Positions 1-9,613 of a DNA stretch of 64,000 nt are shown in pieces. The position numbers and the translations under genes were made by a program. The notes under the pieces were generated by a model, which searched no databases, was not told the DNA's origin, and worked only from the letters and a program-made list of their open reading frames with translations. The first letter of the stretch is position 1. The number at the start of each line of letters is the position of its first letter. Source of the DNA: an uncultured Micrococcales bacterium (GTDB taxonomy: Bacteria; Actinomycetota; Actinomycetes; Actinomycetales; Microbacteriaceae); assembly GCA_913062975.1 (NCBI GenBank), contig CAJXZO010000005.1, positions 4,473 through 68,472 of the forward strand. The letters are read 5' to 3'.

Positions 1-409
1 CCAACAGTGTCGCCATGTAGCCCTCTACAAATGTTTGAGCGGTTTCTAAAAACACTAATGCGGCGGTGAAAGTCACCAGTGAGGTTGAACCGTAGTGAGC
101 GGCCAGCGCACCTTTTTCATAGGCGGGAAGTTTGGTGAGTGGACCGAGGATGAAAAAGGCCAACAGAGGAATTGCAACACCGAGGGCGATGGTTCCAACA
201 ATCGGTAGGGCAATTTCCGAAAACTCCGCATCACGGAGCGCCACACCACCTTTGATACCAATGCCAAGCAATAGATAAAAACTCAGCCCCTGATAAACAG
301 CTTCGGGAAGTCTAAGGTCTGCACGGAGAGCAGTTGCTAACAAACCAAGAGCGAAGGCCAACACTGGCGGGGAGGTCAGGTTTTGTAGTGCAAGTTCAAA
401 AATATTCAT
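1..409 (-). CDS. Sodium-dependent bicarbonate-transporter-family (SbtA-like, Sbt_1/DUF897) permease, N-terminal part; the gene runs off the left edge
   Basis: Open minus-strand frame not listed in the ORF track, with ATG at 409-407. My translation is MNIFELALQNLTSPPVLAFALGLLATALRADLRLPEAVYQGLSFYLLLGIGIKGGVALRD...AAHYGSTSLVTFTAAL, which matches the N-terminal pattern of SbtA-like permeases. The start overlaps the upstream stop codon (ATGA). Confidence 0.6.
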   Translation of the reverse strand, partial: MNIFELALQNLTSPPVLAFALGLLATALRADLRLPEAVYQGLSFYLLLGIGIKGGVALRDAEFSEIALPIVGTIALGVAIPLLAFFILGPLTKLPAYEKGALAAHYGSTSLVTFTAALVFLETAQTFVEGYMATLL

Positions 410-681
410 TCTTTATCCCCCAAAATCTCAATCAGTTCATTAACCGTGTGATCCTGATTGGATTTATGCCTCAATGGAGCATCAGCACTGATCTTGTAGG
501 AGTTTCTCCTGCCTTCCCTTTGTTTGGTCAGGTAACCAGAGTCATGCAGATCGCGCAGTATGTTGCTCACCTGTCTTTGGGAAATACCAATTTGTTCCGA
601 AAGTTCACTTATCCTGATGTCAGGATTACGACTAAGGATCACTAACACGTGTCCGTGGTTGGTCAAAAATGTCCAGTTCAT
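406..681 (-). CDS. Small winged-helix (ArsR/MarR-like) transcriptional regulator
   Basis: ORF 406..723. The sequence MNWTFLTNHGHVLVILSRNPDIRISELSEQIGISQRQVSNILRDLHDSGYLTKQREGRRNSY is a typical wHTH. The ATG at 681 has an AGGAA about 11 nt upstream, while the ATG at 723 has no SD, so I prefer the shorter start. Confidence 0.65.
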   Translation of the reverse strand: MNWTFLTNHGHVLVILSRNPDIRISELSEQIGISQRQVSNILRDLHDSGYLTKQREGRRNSYKISADAPLRHKSNQDHTVNELIEILGDKE

Positions 682-755
682 AGCAATCTGTTTCCTGAAA
701 TATACTTCTAGTATTAAGCTCATGCTAGCTTAGGGGAAAGTTGAAGGGAAACGCA

Positions 756-1523
756 ATGCCAGAAAAGATTTCAGTAGAAGACCAAGGTCACCTAAGACTC
801 ATTGGTCTGAATCGTCCCGAAAAGATGAATGCAGCAGATGAGCAAATGCTTGCTGAGCTTTCACTGGCCTATGGTTCCGCCCACACCGATGACAACATTC
901 GCGCAGTTGTCATTCACGCCCATGGCAATCACTTCACAGCGGGCCTTGATCTAAATGATGTTGGCCCAAAGATGGCAACCGGCAAACTCACCATGGTTCC
1001 TGAAGGTGGTCTGGATCCCTGGGGTATCACCACTGAGCAAATCAGCAAACCAGTTGTGATGGCAATCAAGGGAAATTGTTTTACCCTGGGAACAGAGTTG
1101 GCCCTAGCCAGCGAGGTTGTAGTTGCATCACGGGATGCGTTGTTTGGTCAGCTGGAAGTCTCCCGAGGAATATTGCCTTTTGGTGGCGGAACCATTCGCA
1201 TGCCAAGGGTCGCGGGCTGGTCAAATGCCATGAGGTATTTGTTATCAGGAGAACTATTCCCGGCAGAAAAAGCACTGGAGCTGAACATTGTCACTGAAAT
1301 CGATGAAGACCCTTTAGCTAAGGCAATTGACATTGCCAACAAGATTGCAGCTCAGGCCCCGCTGGCTGTTCAGCAAACATTGGAAAGCTCCAGAAATTCG
1401 CTGGAGGGCGATGAAGAGCGAATGCTGATGAGGAGATTGGAAAACCTGATGATGACTCAGGATGTTCAGCGAGGAATGCAGGCATTTATAACCAAGCAAC
1501 CAGCTGAGTTTGAGGGAAACTAG
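756..1523 (+). CDS. Enoyl-CoA hydratase/isomerase (crotonase) family protein
   Basis: ORF 741..1523. Crotonase pattern LIGLNRPEKMNA...HFTAGLDL...GNCFTLGTELALA. The ATG at 756 is preceded by GAAGGGA, whereas 741 is a TTG. Confidence 0.8.
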   Translation: MPEKISVEDQGHLRLIGLNRPEKMNAADEQMLAELSLAYGSAHTDDNIRAVVIHAHGNHFTAGLDLNDVGPKMATGKLTMVPEGGLDPWGITTEQISKPVVMAIKGNCFTLGTELALASEVVVASRDALFGQLEVSRGILPFGGGTIRMPRVAGWSNAMRYLLSGELFPAEKALELNIVTEIDEDPLAKAIDIANKIAAQAPLAVQQTLESSRNSLEGDEERMLMRRLENLMMTQDVQRGMQAFITKQPAEFEGN

Positions 1524-2143
1524 TCCTCGTCTTTTTCAATCATTTGGCGTAATTGCTGCTCCCCAGCAACCGCCAAATCATAGGTCTGAGACAAAAGCTC
1601 TTCCGCCGATTCACTCTGCAATAAATCCATCTGATCCAACTGCCCCATTGGCAACATGGATGCCAACTGCCAAGCAGCTGCCACCGGATCTTCACTGAGT
1701 TCGGTATCAGCGGAGAATCGGAGTTCGGTGAACTCACTTGCAAAGCTAACTGTTTTCCTCACCTGTTTTTCAACATGCACCCTTGATGGATAGAGATTGT
1801 CATCCCATTCCAAATCAGGGAGCCTCTCCAGCTTGGCTTGGGGGTAGGGATCCTCTGAATCCCAGTCAATAACCTTGAATCTTTCGGTGCCAACTGTTTC
1901 TATGAAATAAAACTGTTCGTTGGCTGAGACTTGATTGATTCTGGCAAGTGTTCCAAAGCTAAATCTCTGATCCTCACCACCAACCTCTTGTCCGCGTTCA
2001 ATCAAAACAACACCGAACTCTGGTTTGGTTTCTTCCTCCAATAAATCACCCAAAAGTCTGAGATACCTTGGTTCGAAGATTCTTAGGTCCAGTGGCATAT
2101 GGGGAAATAAAACAGTCCCCAATGGAAACATCGGTGTCACCAT
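1520..2143 (-). CDS. Stand-alone Lon N-terminal (LON substrate-binding) domain protein
   Basis: ORF 1520..2197. MFPLGTVLFPHMPLDLRIFEPRYLRLL is the hallmark start of a Lon N domain, and there is no AAA+ or protease part. The TTG at 2197 lies deep inside the upstream gene. The ATG at 2143 overlaps the DUF427 stop (ATGGTGA); the ATG at 2131 is an alternative. Confidence 0.7.
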   Translation of the reverse strand: MVTPMFPLGTVLFPHMPLDLRIFEPRYLRLLGDLLEEETKPEFGVVLIERGQEVGGEDQRFSFGTLARINQVSANEQFYFIETVGTERFKVIDWDSEDPYPQAKLERLPDLEWDDNLYPSRVHVEKQVRKTVSFASEFTELRFSADTELSEDPVAAAWQLASMLPMGQLDQMDLLQSESAEELLSQTYDLAVAGEQQLRQMIEKDED

Positions 2144-2613
2144 CCCCAGGTCCCCGGCGCTCCCTTGAATGGACCCGTCACTCTTGAGGTGATCCAACCA
2201 CCATAGAAATCACCCTCTTGAGCTTGAACCTTCTCACCATCCACGGTGACAGAGTCAATGCTTGCTGGGTAAAAGGCAATGTGACCAGTGAGGTCTTTGA
2301 AGTTTTTAGTTGGGTTTGGATACTCCCAGGCAAATCTCTTTAGTGTTTCATCCCCCAGGACTAAATCAAAATAATCAGCTCTGCCCTTAAATTCACAAAA
2401 AGTGTTTCCATCGACAGCAACCAGCGCATCTTTTTTGAAGGCATCTTTGGGAAGGTAATAGGTGGGCGGATGGCTTGTTTCCAAAACACGGAGGCTGCGG
2501 TTTGTTCTGATTAGCTCAACGCCGTTGTGGGAAACAACGACTAATTCATCACTGGGCTCCACCCTTGGTGGGCGCGGATAGTCCCAGACCGACTCAACCT
2601 CATATTTGCTCAT
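2137..2613 (-). CDS. DUF427 domain-containing protein
   Basis: ORF 2137..2715. MSKYEVESVWDYPRPPRVEP...HPPTYYLPKDAF...CEFKGRADYF is the DUF427 signature. The upstream 34 codons are AT-rich and low-complexity, so the start is placed at M35. Confidence 0.7.
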   Translation of the reverse strand: MSKYEVESVWDYPRPPRVEPSDELVVVSHNGVELIRTNRSLRVLETSHPPTYYLPKDAFKKDALVAVDGNTFCEFKGRADYFDLVLGDETLKRFAWEYPNPTKNFKDLTGHIAFYPASIDSVTVDGEKVQAQEGDFYGGWITSRVTGPFKGAPGTWGW

Positions 2614-2738
2614 TGGGGTTATCAAAAACGAGTTGCGTTGATTTATTTCATGAATCAAAAACTTAGAGAAAAAGATAAAAGAATCGAAGATTTCTTTGTA
2701 TTTATCTACAAACACTACATAGTCTTTATTAGAGCTGT

Positions 2739-2776
2739 TGTTGTCAATGACAAACCACTAGCAATGGTTGACAACA
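2739..2776. promoter_or_regulatory. Candidate operator with nested palindromes: TTGTCAaTGACAA (2741-2753) and TGTTGTCAA/TTGACAACA (2739-2747 / 2768-2776)
   Basis: Perfect inverted repeats read directly in the 203-bp AT-rich divergent region between DUF427 and the beta-oxidation operon. Confidence 0.4.
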
Positions 2777-2816
2777 GGGTTTTAGTCTGATGCCAAAGGC
2801 AAACTAAGGAGTAATC

Positions 2817-4781
2817 GTGGAAAGCAAGCAACTAAACCCAGACCTAGCACTTCTAGGCGAGCGTATTTTGGGTCGTTGGGCAGATATCCGCAGAGAAGTT
2901 CGCAGTGTGATGGAGCAAAATGACATCCACAAAATCGAAGGCATGCCTTATGAAGAGCATCGCGAAAGAGTTTTTAAGTCCTTACAACTACTGGTAGACA
3001 AAGGTGTTACCCAGCACGGGTTCCCAAAAGAGGTTGGTGGATCTGGATCTCCCGGGGCATCTCTTTCAACATTTGAAGAGTTAGTTTTCGCAGACCCCTC
3101 ACTGCAGATTAAATATGGAGTTCAGTGGGGACTGTTTGGTTCAGCAATTTTGTATTTAGGAACTGACTACCACCACGAGAAGTTCTTGCCAGGAGCGGTT
3201 GATCTAACAACCCCTGGGGCATTTGCAATGAGCGAGACCGGTCACGGAAGTGATGTTGCATCCCTTGGAACAACCGCGACCTATGACCCAGAAACCCAAG
3301 AGTTCATCATCCACACCCCCGATCGTCACAGCTGGAAAGATTGGTTGGGAAACGCTGCCAAGCACGGGCAGGCCGCAGTTGTTTTCGCGCAGCTGATTAC
3401 CGATGGTGAGAACCAGGGAGTGCATGCGTTCTATGTTCCAATCCGCAAGGGAAAGAAATTCCTACCAGGCATCGGTGGCGAGGACGATGGCCTGAAGGGT
3501 GGATTGAATGGAATCGACAATGGTCGCCTTCACTTCACCAATGTCCGAATCCCAAGAGAAAACCTGCTCAATCGCTATGCAGATGTTTCTGTTGATGGGA
3601 CATACAGCTCTTCGATTGAATCAAAAGGTAGAAGATTCTTCACGCAGTTGGGTGCTTTGGTTCAGGGAAGAGTGAGCCTCACCGGTGCCGTCACCAATGC
3701 TCAGAAACTAGCCTTGACGATTGCCATTCGATACGGAAACGAGCGCAGGCAGTTCCCCGGTGTTGATGGCGAAGAGGTGAAGCTGATGGACTACCAGCGT
3801 CACCAGAGAAGACTTTTGCCACTGCTAGCAGAGACATACGCTCAGGTGTTTTTGCACCAAGAGCTATTGGACAAATTCCACGAGGTGTTCAATGGAACAA
3901 ATGACACCGATGAGACCAGAAGTGATTTGGAAACAGTTGCGGCTGCTGCCAAGGCAATCGGAACCTGGAATGCGCAGAAGACAATCCAGGAAGCCCGCGA
4001 GGCCTGCGGGGGTCAGGGATTCCTGGCTGAAAACCGATTGGTTGGACTGAGAGCAGATCTCGATGTCTATGTCACCTTCGAGGGAGATAACAATGTCATG
4101 CTTCAGTTGGTGGCCAAGAGGCTACTGACTGATTACTCAAACGCATTCAAATCCCCTGACTTCTCAACTCTTGCAAGCTACGTTGCCGAGCAGGTTGGTC
4201 AATCAGCAATCAACCGAGGGGGCTTGCGAGGACTTGCTCAGAACATCACCGACTTTGGCTCAACCGCCAGAAGCGTTGACTATGTCAAAGAGGAAGAGCA
4301 CCAGCACCAGCTGCTCGTGGATCGCGTCCACACTGAGGTTGCCCGCATCGCCAACAAGATGAAGGCTGCTGGCAAGGACAAGGTGAAGCAGGCAGAGCTA
4401 TTCAACCGCCACCAGAATGACCTGATCAATGTTGCAACAGCACACGCAGAGTTGATTATGTGGGAGGCGTTTACCTCAGCTTTGAAGACAATCAATCACG
4501 ATGACACCCGTCAGCTATTGACTTGGTTGCGAGATCTTTATGGCTTCACCCTGTTGGAGAAAAACTTGGACTGGTTCATGATCAATGGTCGATTGACCTC
4601 ACAAAGAGCAGAGGCAATCACCGATTACATCGATGACAGATTACTTCCAAGACTGAAGCCATACGCATCAGACCTGGTCGATGCTTTTGAGCTCACCGAA
4701 CCACTGATTCGCTCATCGCTAGCATTTGGTGCTGAGCAATCCAGAAGAGACTCCACCAAAGAAAGCATGGTTGATGCATGA
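2817..4781 (+). CDS. Acyl-CoA oxidase-like / long acyl-CoA dehydrogenase family protein
   Basis: 654 aa. GTG start follows AAGGAG. ACAD-type core (AMSETGHGSDV, GGEDDGLKGGLNGIDNGRL) plus a long C-terminal ACOX-like extension. The stop overlaps the fadA start (ATGA). Confidence 0.75.
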   Translation: MESKQLNPDLALLGERILGRWADIRREVRSVMEQNDIHKIEGMPYEEHRERVFKSLQLLVDKGVTQHGFPKEVGGSGSPGASLSTFEELVFADPSLQIKYGVQWGLFGSAILYLGTDYHHEKFLPGAVDLTTPGAFAMSETGHGSDVASLGTTATYDPETQEFIIHTPDRHSWKDWLGNAAKHGQAAVVFAQLITDGENQGVHAFYVPIRKGKKFLPGIGGEDDGLKGGLNGIDNGRLHFTNVRIPRENLLNRYADVSVDGTYSSSIESKGRRFFTQLGALVQGRVSLTGAVTNAQKLALTIAIRYGNERRQFPGVDGEEVKLMDYQRHQRRLLPLLAETYAQVFLHQELLDKFHEVFNGTNDTDETRSDLETVAAAAKAIGTWNAQKTIQEAREACGGQGFLAENRLVGLRADLDVYVTFEGDNNVMLQLVAKRLLTDYSNAFKSPDFSTLASYVAEQVGQSAINRGGLRGLAQNITDFGSTARSVDYVKEEEHQHQLLVDRVHTEVARIANKMKAAGKDKVKQAELFNRHQNDLINVATAHAELIMWEAFTSALKTINHDDTRQLLTWLRDLYGFTLLEKNLDWFMINGRLTSQRAEAITDYIDDRLLPRLKPYASDLVDAFELTEPLIRSSLAFGAEQSRRDSTKESMVDA

Positions 4782-5965
4782 TCTCCAAAGACGTTTACTT
4801 CATCGACGGGGTTAGAACTCCGTTCGGTAGAGCCGGAGAAAAAGGTGTTTATTGGAACACCAGAGCCGATGACCTTGTGGTGAAGGCAATGATGGGGCTT
4901 TTGGACCGTCATCCAGATCTGGACAAGGCAGCCATTGATGACGTTGCCGTTGCCGCCACCACTCAAACCGGAGACCAGGGTCTAACCATCGGTCGCACCT
5001 CCGCAATCTTGGCAGGCCTTCCCGAGTCAGTTCCCGGATTTGCCATCGACCGCATGTGTGCGGGAGCGATGACTGCAGTGACAACAACAGGTTCGGGAAT
5101 CGGTGTTGGCATGTATGACATGGTGCTAGCTGGAGGAGTTGAGCACATGGGTCGCCACCCAATGGGTGATGGTGCTGATCCAAACCCCAGATTTCTATCA
5201 GAGAAATTGGTGGATTCAGATGCGTTGAACATGGGTTGCACCGCAGAGAAAATCCACGACCGCTTTCCTCATCTGACCAAAGAGCGTGCAGATAAGTTTG
5301 CTGTTGGTTCTCAGCAAAAGGCAGCCAAGGCTTATGAGGAGGGCTTCATTCAGAAAGACCTAATCCCAGTGAGTGCTGCAAGTGATTCTGGTTGGCAGGT
5401 TGTCAATCGCGATGAACCGATGAGACCAGAAACAACAATGGAGGGAATCAGTGATCTAAAGACTCCTTTCAGACCCCACGGAAGAGTCACCGCAGGTAAT
5501 GCGTCGCCCCTAACAGATGGCGCAACCATCTCGCTTCTCGCCGGTGAAGATGCAGTCAAAAAGCACGGCCTGAAGCCAAAGATGAAAATGGTCAGCTTTG
5601 CATTCGCAGGAGTTGAGCCAGAGATCATGGGAATCGGCCCAATTCCATCAACCGAAAAAGCACTAGCCAAGGCAGGCATCGGCATGGATGACATCGGTCT
5701 GATTGAAATCAATGAGGCCTTTGCGATTCAGGTGCTGAGTTTCATCGACCACTTCGGCTTAGAAGACGACGACCCACGAATTAACAAATACGGTGGGGCA
5801 ATTGCCTTTGGTCACCCGCTTGCTTCTTCGGGAGTCAGGTTGATGAACCAATTGGCAAGTCAGTTTGAAAACCACCCCGAGGTTCGCTACGGACTAACCA
5901 CTATGTGTATTGGTCTTGGCATGGGTGGAACGGTTATTTGGGAAAACACAGGCTGGAGGGGCTAA
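4778..5965 (+). CDS. fadA: Acetyl-CoA C-acyltransferase (3-ketoacyl-CoA thiolase)
   Basis: Thiolase motifs DRMCAGAM, NEAFA, GHPLASSG and CIGLGMG. Confidence 0.9.
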   Translation: MISKDVYFIDGVRTPFGRAGEKGVYWNTRADDLVVKAMMGLLDRHPDLDKAAIDDVAVAATTQTGDQGLTIGRTSAILAGLPESVPGFAIDRMCAGAMTAVTTTGSGIGVGMYDMVLAGGVEHMGRHPMGDGADPNPRFLSEKLVDSDALNMGCTAEKIHDRFPHLTKERADKFAVGSQQKAAKAYEEGFIQKDLIPVSAASDSGWQVVNRDEPMRPETTMEGISDLKTPFRPHGRVTAGNASPLTDGATISLLAGEDAVKKHGLKPKMKMVSFAFAGVEPEIMGIGPIPSTEKALAKAGIGMDDIGLIEINEAFAIQVLSFIDHFGLEDDDPRINKYGGAIAFGHPLASSGVRLMNQLASQFENHPEVRYGLTTMCIGLGMGGTVIWENTGWRG

Positions 5966-8086
5966 ATGTTAGAAAAATTCGCACCCCTTTTTGTTGATGA
6001 CTCCGAGGTCATCACCCACAGCTTTGTCTCCGATGTTGCTCTGAAATCAGGCAAAACCCTTGCCCTGATTACTCTGGACAACCTAAAAGACCACAACCGC
6101 CCGACAACCCTTGGCCCACTGACTCTCAAAGAGCTGGATGAGGTCTTGGACGCTCAAGAGCAGAGAGCTAAAAACGGCGAGATTCATGGAATTGCAATCA
6201 CCGGCAAGCCCTATTTCTTAGCGGCTGGAGCAGATCTTTCCAAGATCGGAGCGGTTGAGAAAAAGATAACCGGCAGGCTCTATGTCGAGCTTGGTCACTA
6301 CGTGTTTGCAAAGTTGGGCGACTCCTCAGTTCCAACATTTGTATTTATCAACGGCCTTGCTTTGGGTGGAGGTGTTGAGATAGCACTGAACGCCAAATAC
6401 AGAACCTTGAACTCAGCAGCACCCGCTCTCGGACTCCCAGAGGTGTTCCTAGGCATTATTCCTGGCTGGGGTGGAAGCTATCTACTTCCAAACCTGATTG
6501 GAATCAAAAATGCGCTGAAGGTGATTGTTGAAAACCCACTCAAGCAAAACCGCATGCTCAAACCCAAAGAAGCATTTGAGATGGGCATGGCTGATGTCAT
6601 GTTTGAACCCCAGAGATTTTTGGAACAAAGCATTGACTGGGCGGATGAGGTCATCAATGGCAAGAAGGTCAAGCGACCCTTTGAGCCAGGAACCCTGGAG
6701 CGCAAAACAGTTTGGCCAGCCGCAGTAAAGATGGCCAGAGGAATGATCAAAGACCGTCTTGGAGAAGTTCCAGAGAGCCCTTATGTTGCCCTTGATTTGA
6801 TCGAGGCCGCCAGGAGTGGAACGAGAGACGAGGGTTTCAAGCGTGAAGATGATGTGATGGAGGAACTTGTTAGTGGGGATAAGTTCAGGGCCAGCATGTA
6901 TGCATTCAACCTGGTTCAAAAGCACGCCAAAAACCCTCAAGGTGCACCAGATAAGTCTTTGGCAAGACCTGTCAACAAAGTTGGTGTAGTCGGTGCGGGT
7001 TTGATGGCAAGTCAACTAGCACTTCTGTTTTTGAGAAGACTTGAAGTTCCGGTTGTAATGACCGATGTCAGTCAAGAAAGAATCGACAAGGGCCTCAGCT
7101 ATGTTCGTGCAGAACTAGACAAGCTGGTCGAAAAAGGCAGATTAGACCCCGATGACCGCAACCGCTACTCGGCAAACCTTTCAGGTTCGCTGGATTACGA
7201 AGCTTTTGCTGACTGCGATTGGGTGATCGAAGCTGTGTTTGAGGAAATGAGTGTCAAACAAGAGGTGTTTGGAAAACTCGAGCAGTTCGTTCCAGAACAC
7301 TGCATATTGGCTTCAAACACCAGTTCCTTATCTGTTTCTGAAATGGCCAAAAACCTCAAAAACCCAGAAAGAGTTGTTGGTTTCCACTTCTTCAACCCAG
7401 TTGCGGTGATGCCACTGCTAGAGGTTGCTAGGGCTGATAAGACCGATGATGAGACCATGGCAACAGCCATGGCCGTTGGTAAGAAATTAAAAAAGACCAC
7501 AGTGATTGTGAAAGACGAGGCAGCCTTTGTGGTGAACAGATTGTTTGGAGTTTTACTGAGTGAGCAGATGCGAGCTTTGGATGATGGCTTCAGCTTCGAA
7601 GACATCTCAGAGGCTGTCAAGCCCCTGGGGCTTCCAATGGATCCGTTTGATCTATTAGAACTTGTCGGCATGCATGTTGCATCCCACATGATGGATTCGA
7701 TGAAGGCATTCGATGAAAGTCGCTTCTACGCCTCAGAAACCCTAGGCAAGCTAGCTGATCACGGAAAGCTTTTGGTGAAAGACGATAAGGGAAAGATCAA
7801 GGGATTTGATAAGGGCGCTGTTGCCTTGTTACCAAGCGCAACCCCAAGCAGAGACAGCAAAACGATTCTGGATCAAACCCTTGAGGGCTTAGCTCGAGAA
7901 ATCAAGATAATGCTGGATGATGGTGTCGTTCACAGTGTTGAAGACATTGACCTTGCCATGATTACAGGAGCCGGTTGGCCTTTCCACCTCGGTGGCATCA
8001 CACCCTATTTGGATCGCGAGGGAGTTAGCCAAAGAGTCAACGGCAAGCCATTTCACGAGCCAATGGTGGTTGGCGTTACCGGATAA
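5966..8086 (+). CDS. fadB: Fused enoyl-CoA hydratase / 3-hydroxyacyl-CoA dehydrogenase
   Basis: 706 aa. N-terminal crotonase fold, central Rossmann motif VGVVGAGLMASQ, and 3HCDH C-terminal domains. The start abuts the fadA stop (TAAATG). Confidence 0.9.
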   Translation: MLEKFAPLFVDDSEVITHSFVSDVALKSGKTLALITLDNLKDHNRPTTLGPLTLKELDEVLDAQEQRAKNGEIHGIAITGKPYFLAAGADLSKIGAVEKKITGRLYVELGHYVFAKLGDSSVPTFVFINGLALGGGVEIALNAKYRTLNSAAPALGLPEVFLGIIPGWGGSYLLPNLIGIKNALKVIVENPLKQNRMLKPKEAFEMGMADVMFEPQRFLEQSIDWADEVINGKKVKRPFEPGTLERKTVWPAAVKMARGMIKDRLGEVPESPYVALDLIEAARSGTRDEGFKREDDVMEELVSGDKFRASMYAFNLVQKHAKNPQGAPDKSLARPVNKVGVVGAGLMASQLALLFLRRLEVPVVMTDVSQERIDKGLSYVRAELDKLVEKGRLDPDDRNRYSANLSGSLDYEAFADCDWVIEAVFEEMSVKQEVFGKLEQFVPEHCILASNTSSLSVSEMAKNLKNPERVVGFHFFNPVAVMPLLEVARADKTDDETMATAMAVGKKLKKTTVIVKDEAAFVVNRLFGVLLSEQMRALDDGFSFEDISEAVKPLGLPMDPFDLLELVGMHVASHMMDSMKAFDESRFYASETLGKLADHGKLLVKDDKGKIKGFDKGAVALLPSATPSRDSKTILDQTLEGLAREIKIMLDDGVVHSVEDIDLAMITGAGWPFHLGGITPYLDREGVSQRVNGKPFHEPMVVGVTG

Positions 8087-8110
8087 GGGCAACAACGGGA
8101 TAATTGTTCG

Positions 8111-8587
8111 ATGAGCATTCGTCCAGCAACTCCTGAAGATGTCCCTGCTATTTTGCAAATGATCACCGATTTGGCGATCTATGAAAAAGAGCCAGATGCG
8201 GTTGAGAACACCCCAGAGATGCTCACCGAGACACTGTTCGGTGAAAACCCCAGGGCTTTTTGCGAAATCATTGAAGAGGATAATCCCGTTGGTATAGCCA
8301 TATGGTTTTTGAACTACTCAACCTGGACTGGCAAACACGGGATTTATCTTGAAGATCTCTATGTGAAACCAGAGGTTCGAGGCAAAGGCTATGGCAAGCA
8401 AATGCTTGTTCACCTAGCCGGCAAAGCTATCGATAATGGCTGGAGCAGGTTTGAGTGGTGGGTTTTGGATTGGAACACCCCAGCCATTGATTTTTATAAA
8501 TCCCAAGGTGCTGTGATGATGGATGAGTGGACGGTCTGTCGAGTCGATGGCCAAGCGCTTACAGATTTGGCAAACCAAAGACCCTAA
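8111..8587 (+). CDS. GNAT family N-acetyltransferase (diamine/spermidine acetyltransferase-like)
   Basis: 158 aa. [20 protein letters not shown] is the acetyl-CoA binding motif, and the overall pattern is SSAT-like. Confidence 0.75.
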   Translation: MSIRPATPEDVPAILQMITDLAIYEKEPDAVENTPEMLTETLFGENPRAFCEIIEEDNPVGIAIWFLNYSTWTGKHGIYLEDLYVKPEVRGKGYGKQMLVHLAGKAIDNGWSRFEWWVLDWNTPAIDFYKSQGAVMMDEWTVCRVDGQALTDLANQRP

Positions 8588-8588
8588 G

Positions 8589-8662
<74 letters not shown>

Positions 8663-8670
8663 CAGAGTGT

Positions 8671-9510
8671 TTATGTGGGCCCAATAATCGGTGCCCCAAG
8701 ATCAGTTGAAAATCTCAAAGCAGCAGCAGTCACCAACTGACCGATGGAATCAAACTGATCCCTCACTCGCTCCTTGGGAACACCGGTACTTATGGTTGCC
8801 ACAACTTTGTTGCTTACATCTCTCACTGGAGCTGCAGCATCAACGATGCCAGTCTGAAACTCTCCGTCACTGATTGCATAACCCTGATTTCTCACCTGCT
8901 TCATCATCGCCAAAAAGCTCTGCAGGTTTTTGGCAGGTCTTTGCAGGCTGAACTCTGGGTCAATGGGTTGTCTTGATCTGGGCAAGGTGCTCTTGGGTAC
9001 CGGCAGCGGTGAAAGCTGGGTGTGTTCATACCACCAGAGCTTCACTTCCTCGTCTGTCAAACCTGCAAGCATTGCTCGACCGCTGGCTGTAATTCCGGCA
9101 GGGGCTACAAACCCACCCCAGCCTTCACGGGTAAGCTCTTTGGCGGCACTGATTGTTTTGATGGTTAGCACCCTGCCACCACGCAAAACATCAAGGTGAG
9201 CGGATTCCTGAGTCTGCGCGACTAACTCCCGAAGCCTAAATTCGGCAAGAGTTCCAAGGCGAGCTTCTTTGGTTCTCATGGCCATCATGTAAAGCTTTGA
9301 TCCAAGGGTGTATTTCAATGTTCTGTCGTCTCTATCAACCAAACCGCTCTCGGCAAGAGTTTTTAGAACCCTCGAGATCTGTCCTTTGTCGCGGCCTGTG
9401 AGCTCAGCAACGCGATTCACCCCCAGACCTCCGTTAGCGAATGCCTCAGCCTGAGAGAGCACCTCAAGCACCTGTGAGTCCCTTATTAAACCTGAGGTAT
9501 GGGTGGTCAT
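8671..9510 (-). CDS. IclR family transcriptional regulator
   Basis: 279 aa. N-terminal wHTH ([28 protein letters not shown]) plus a C-terminal IclR effector-like domain. Confidence 0.8.
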   Translation of the reverse strand: MTTHTSGLIRDSQVLEVLSQAEAFANGGLGVNRVAELTGRDKGQISRVLKTLAESGLVDRDDRTLKYTLGSKLYMMAMRTKEARLGTLAEFRLRELVAQTQESAHLDVLRGGRVLTIKTISAAKELTREGWGGFVAPAGITASGRAMLAGLTDEEVKLWWYEHTQLSPLPVPKSTLPRSRQPIDPEFSLQRPAKNLQSFLAMMKQVRNQGYAISDGEFQTGIVDAAAPVRDVSNKVVATISTGVPKERVRDQFDSIGQLVTAAALRFSTDLGAPIIGPT

Positions 9511-9613
9511 AAATTAGAATTTAGCAAGTAGTTGACATTTCGACAACACAATTGGCATCTATTTTGCTACATGTTTATGGTCATTGATTGGGAACAACCC
9601 AAAGGAGAAATTA

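Noticed and set aside
334-645. 103-aa plus-strand ORF
   Set aside because: It is antisense to the wHTH regulator and the SbtA-like start, both of which have recognisable family patterns.
6482-7689. Minus-strand ORFs of 177 aa (6482-7015) and 164 aa (7195-7689), plus smaller ones
   Set aside because: They are antisense shadows inside fadB. They show no motifs, and fadB is intact and motif-rich on the plus strand.
9511-9613. TTGACA hexamer and small AAATTagAATTT palindrome between the IclR and opuC-like genes as promoter or operator
   Set aside because: I found no -10 partner at a sensible spacing, and the palindrome is only 5 bp per arm. This is too weak to report as a feature.
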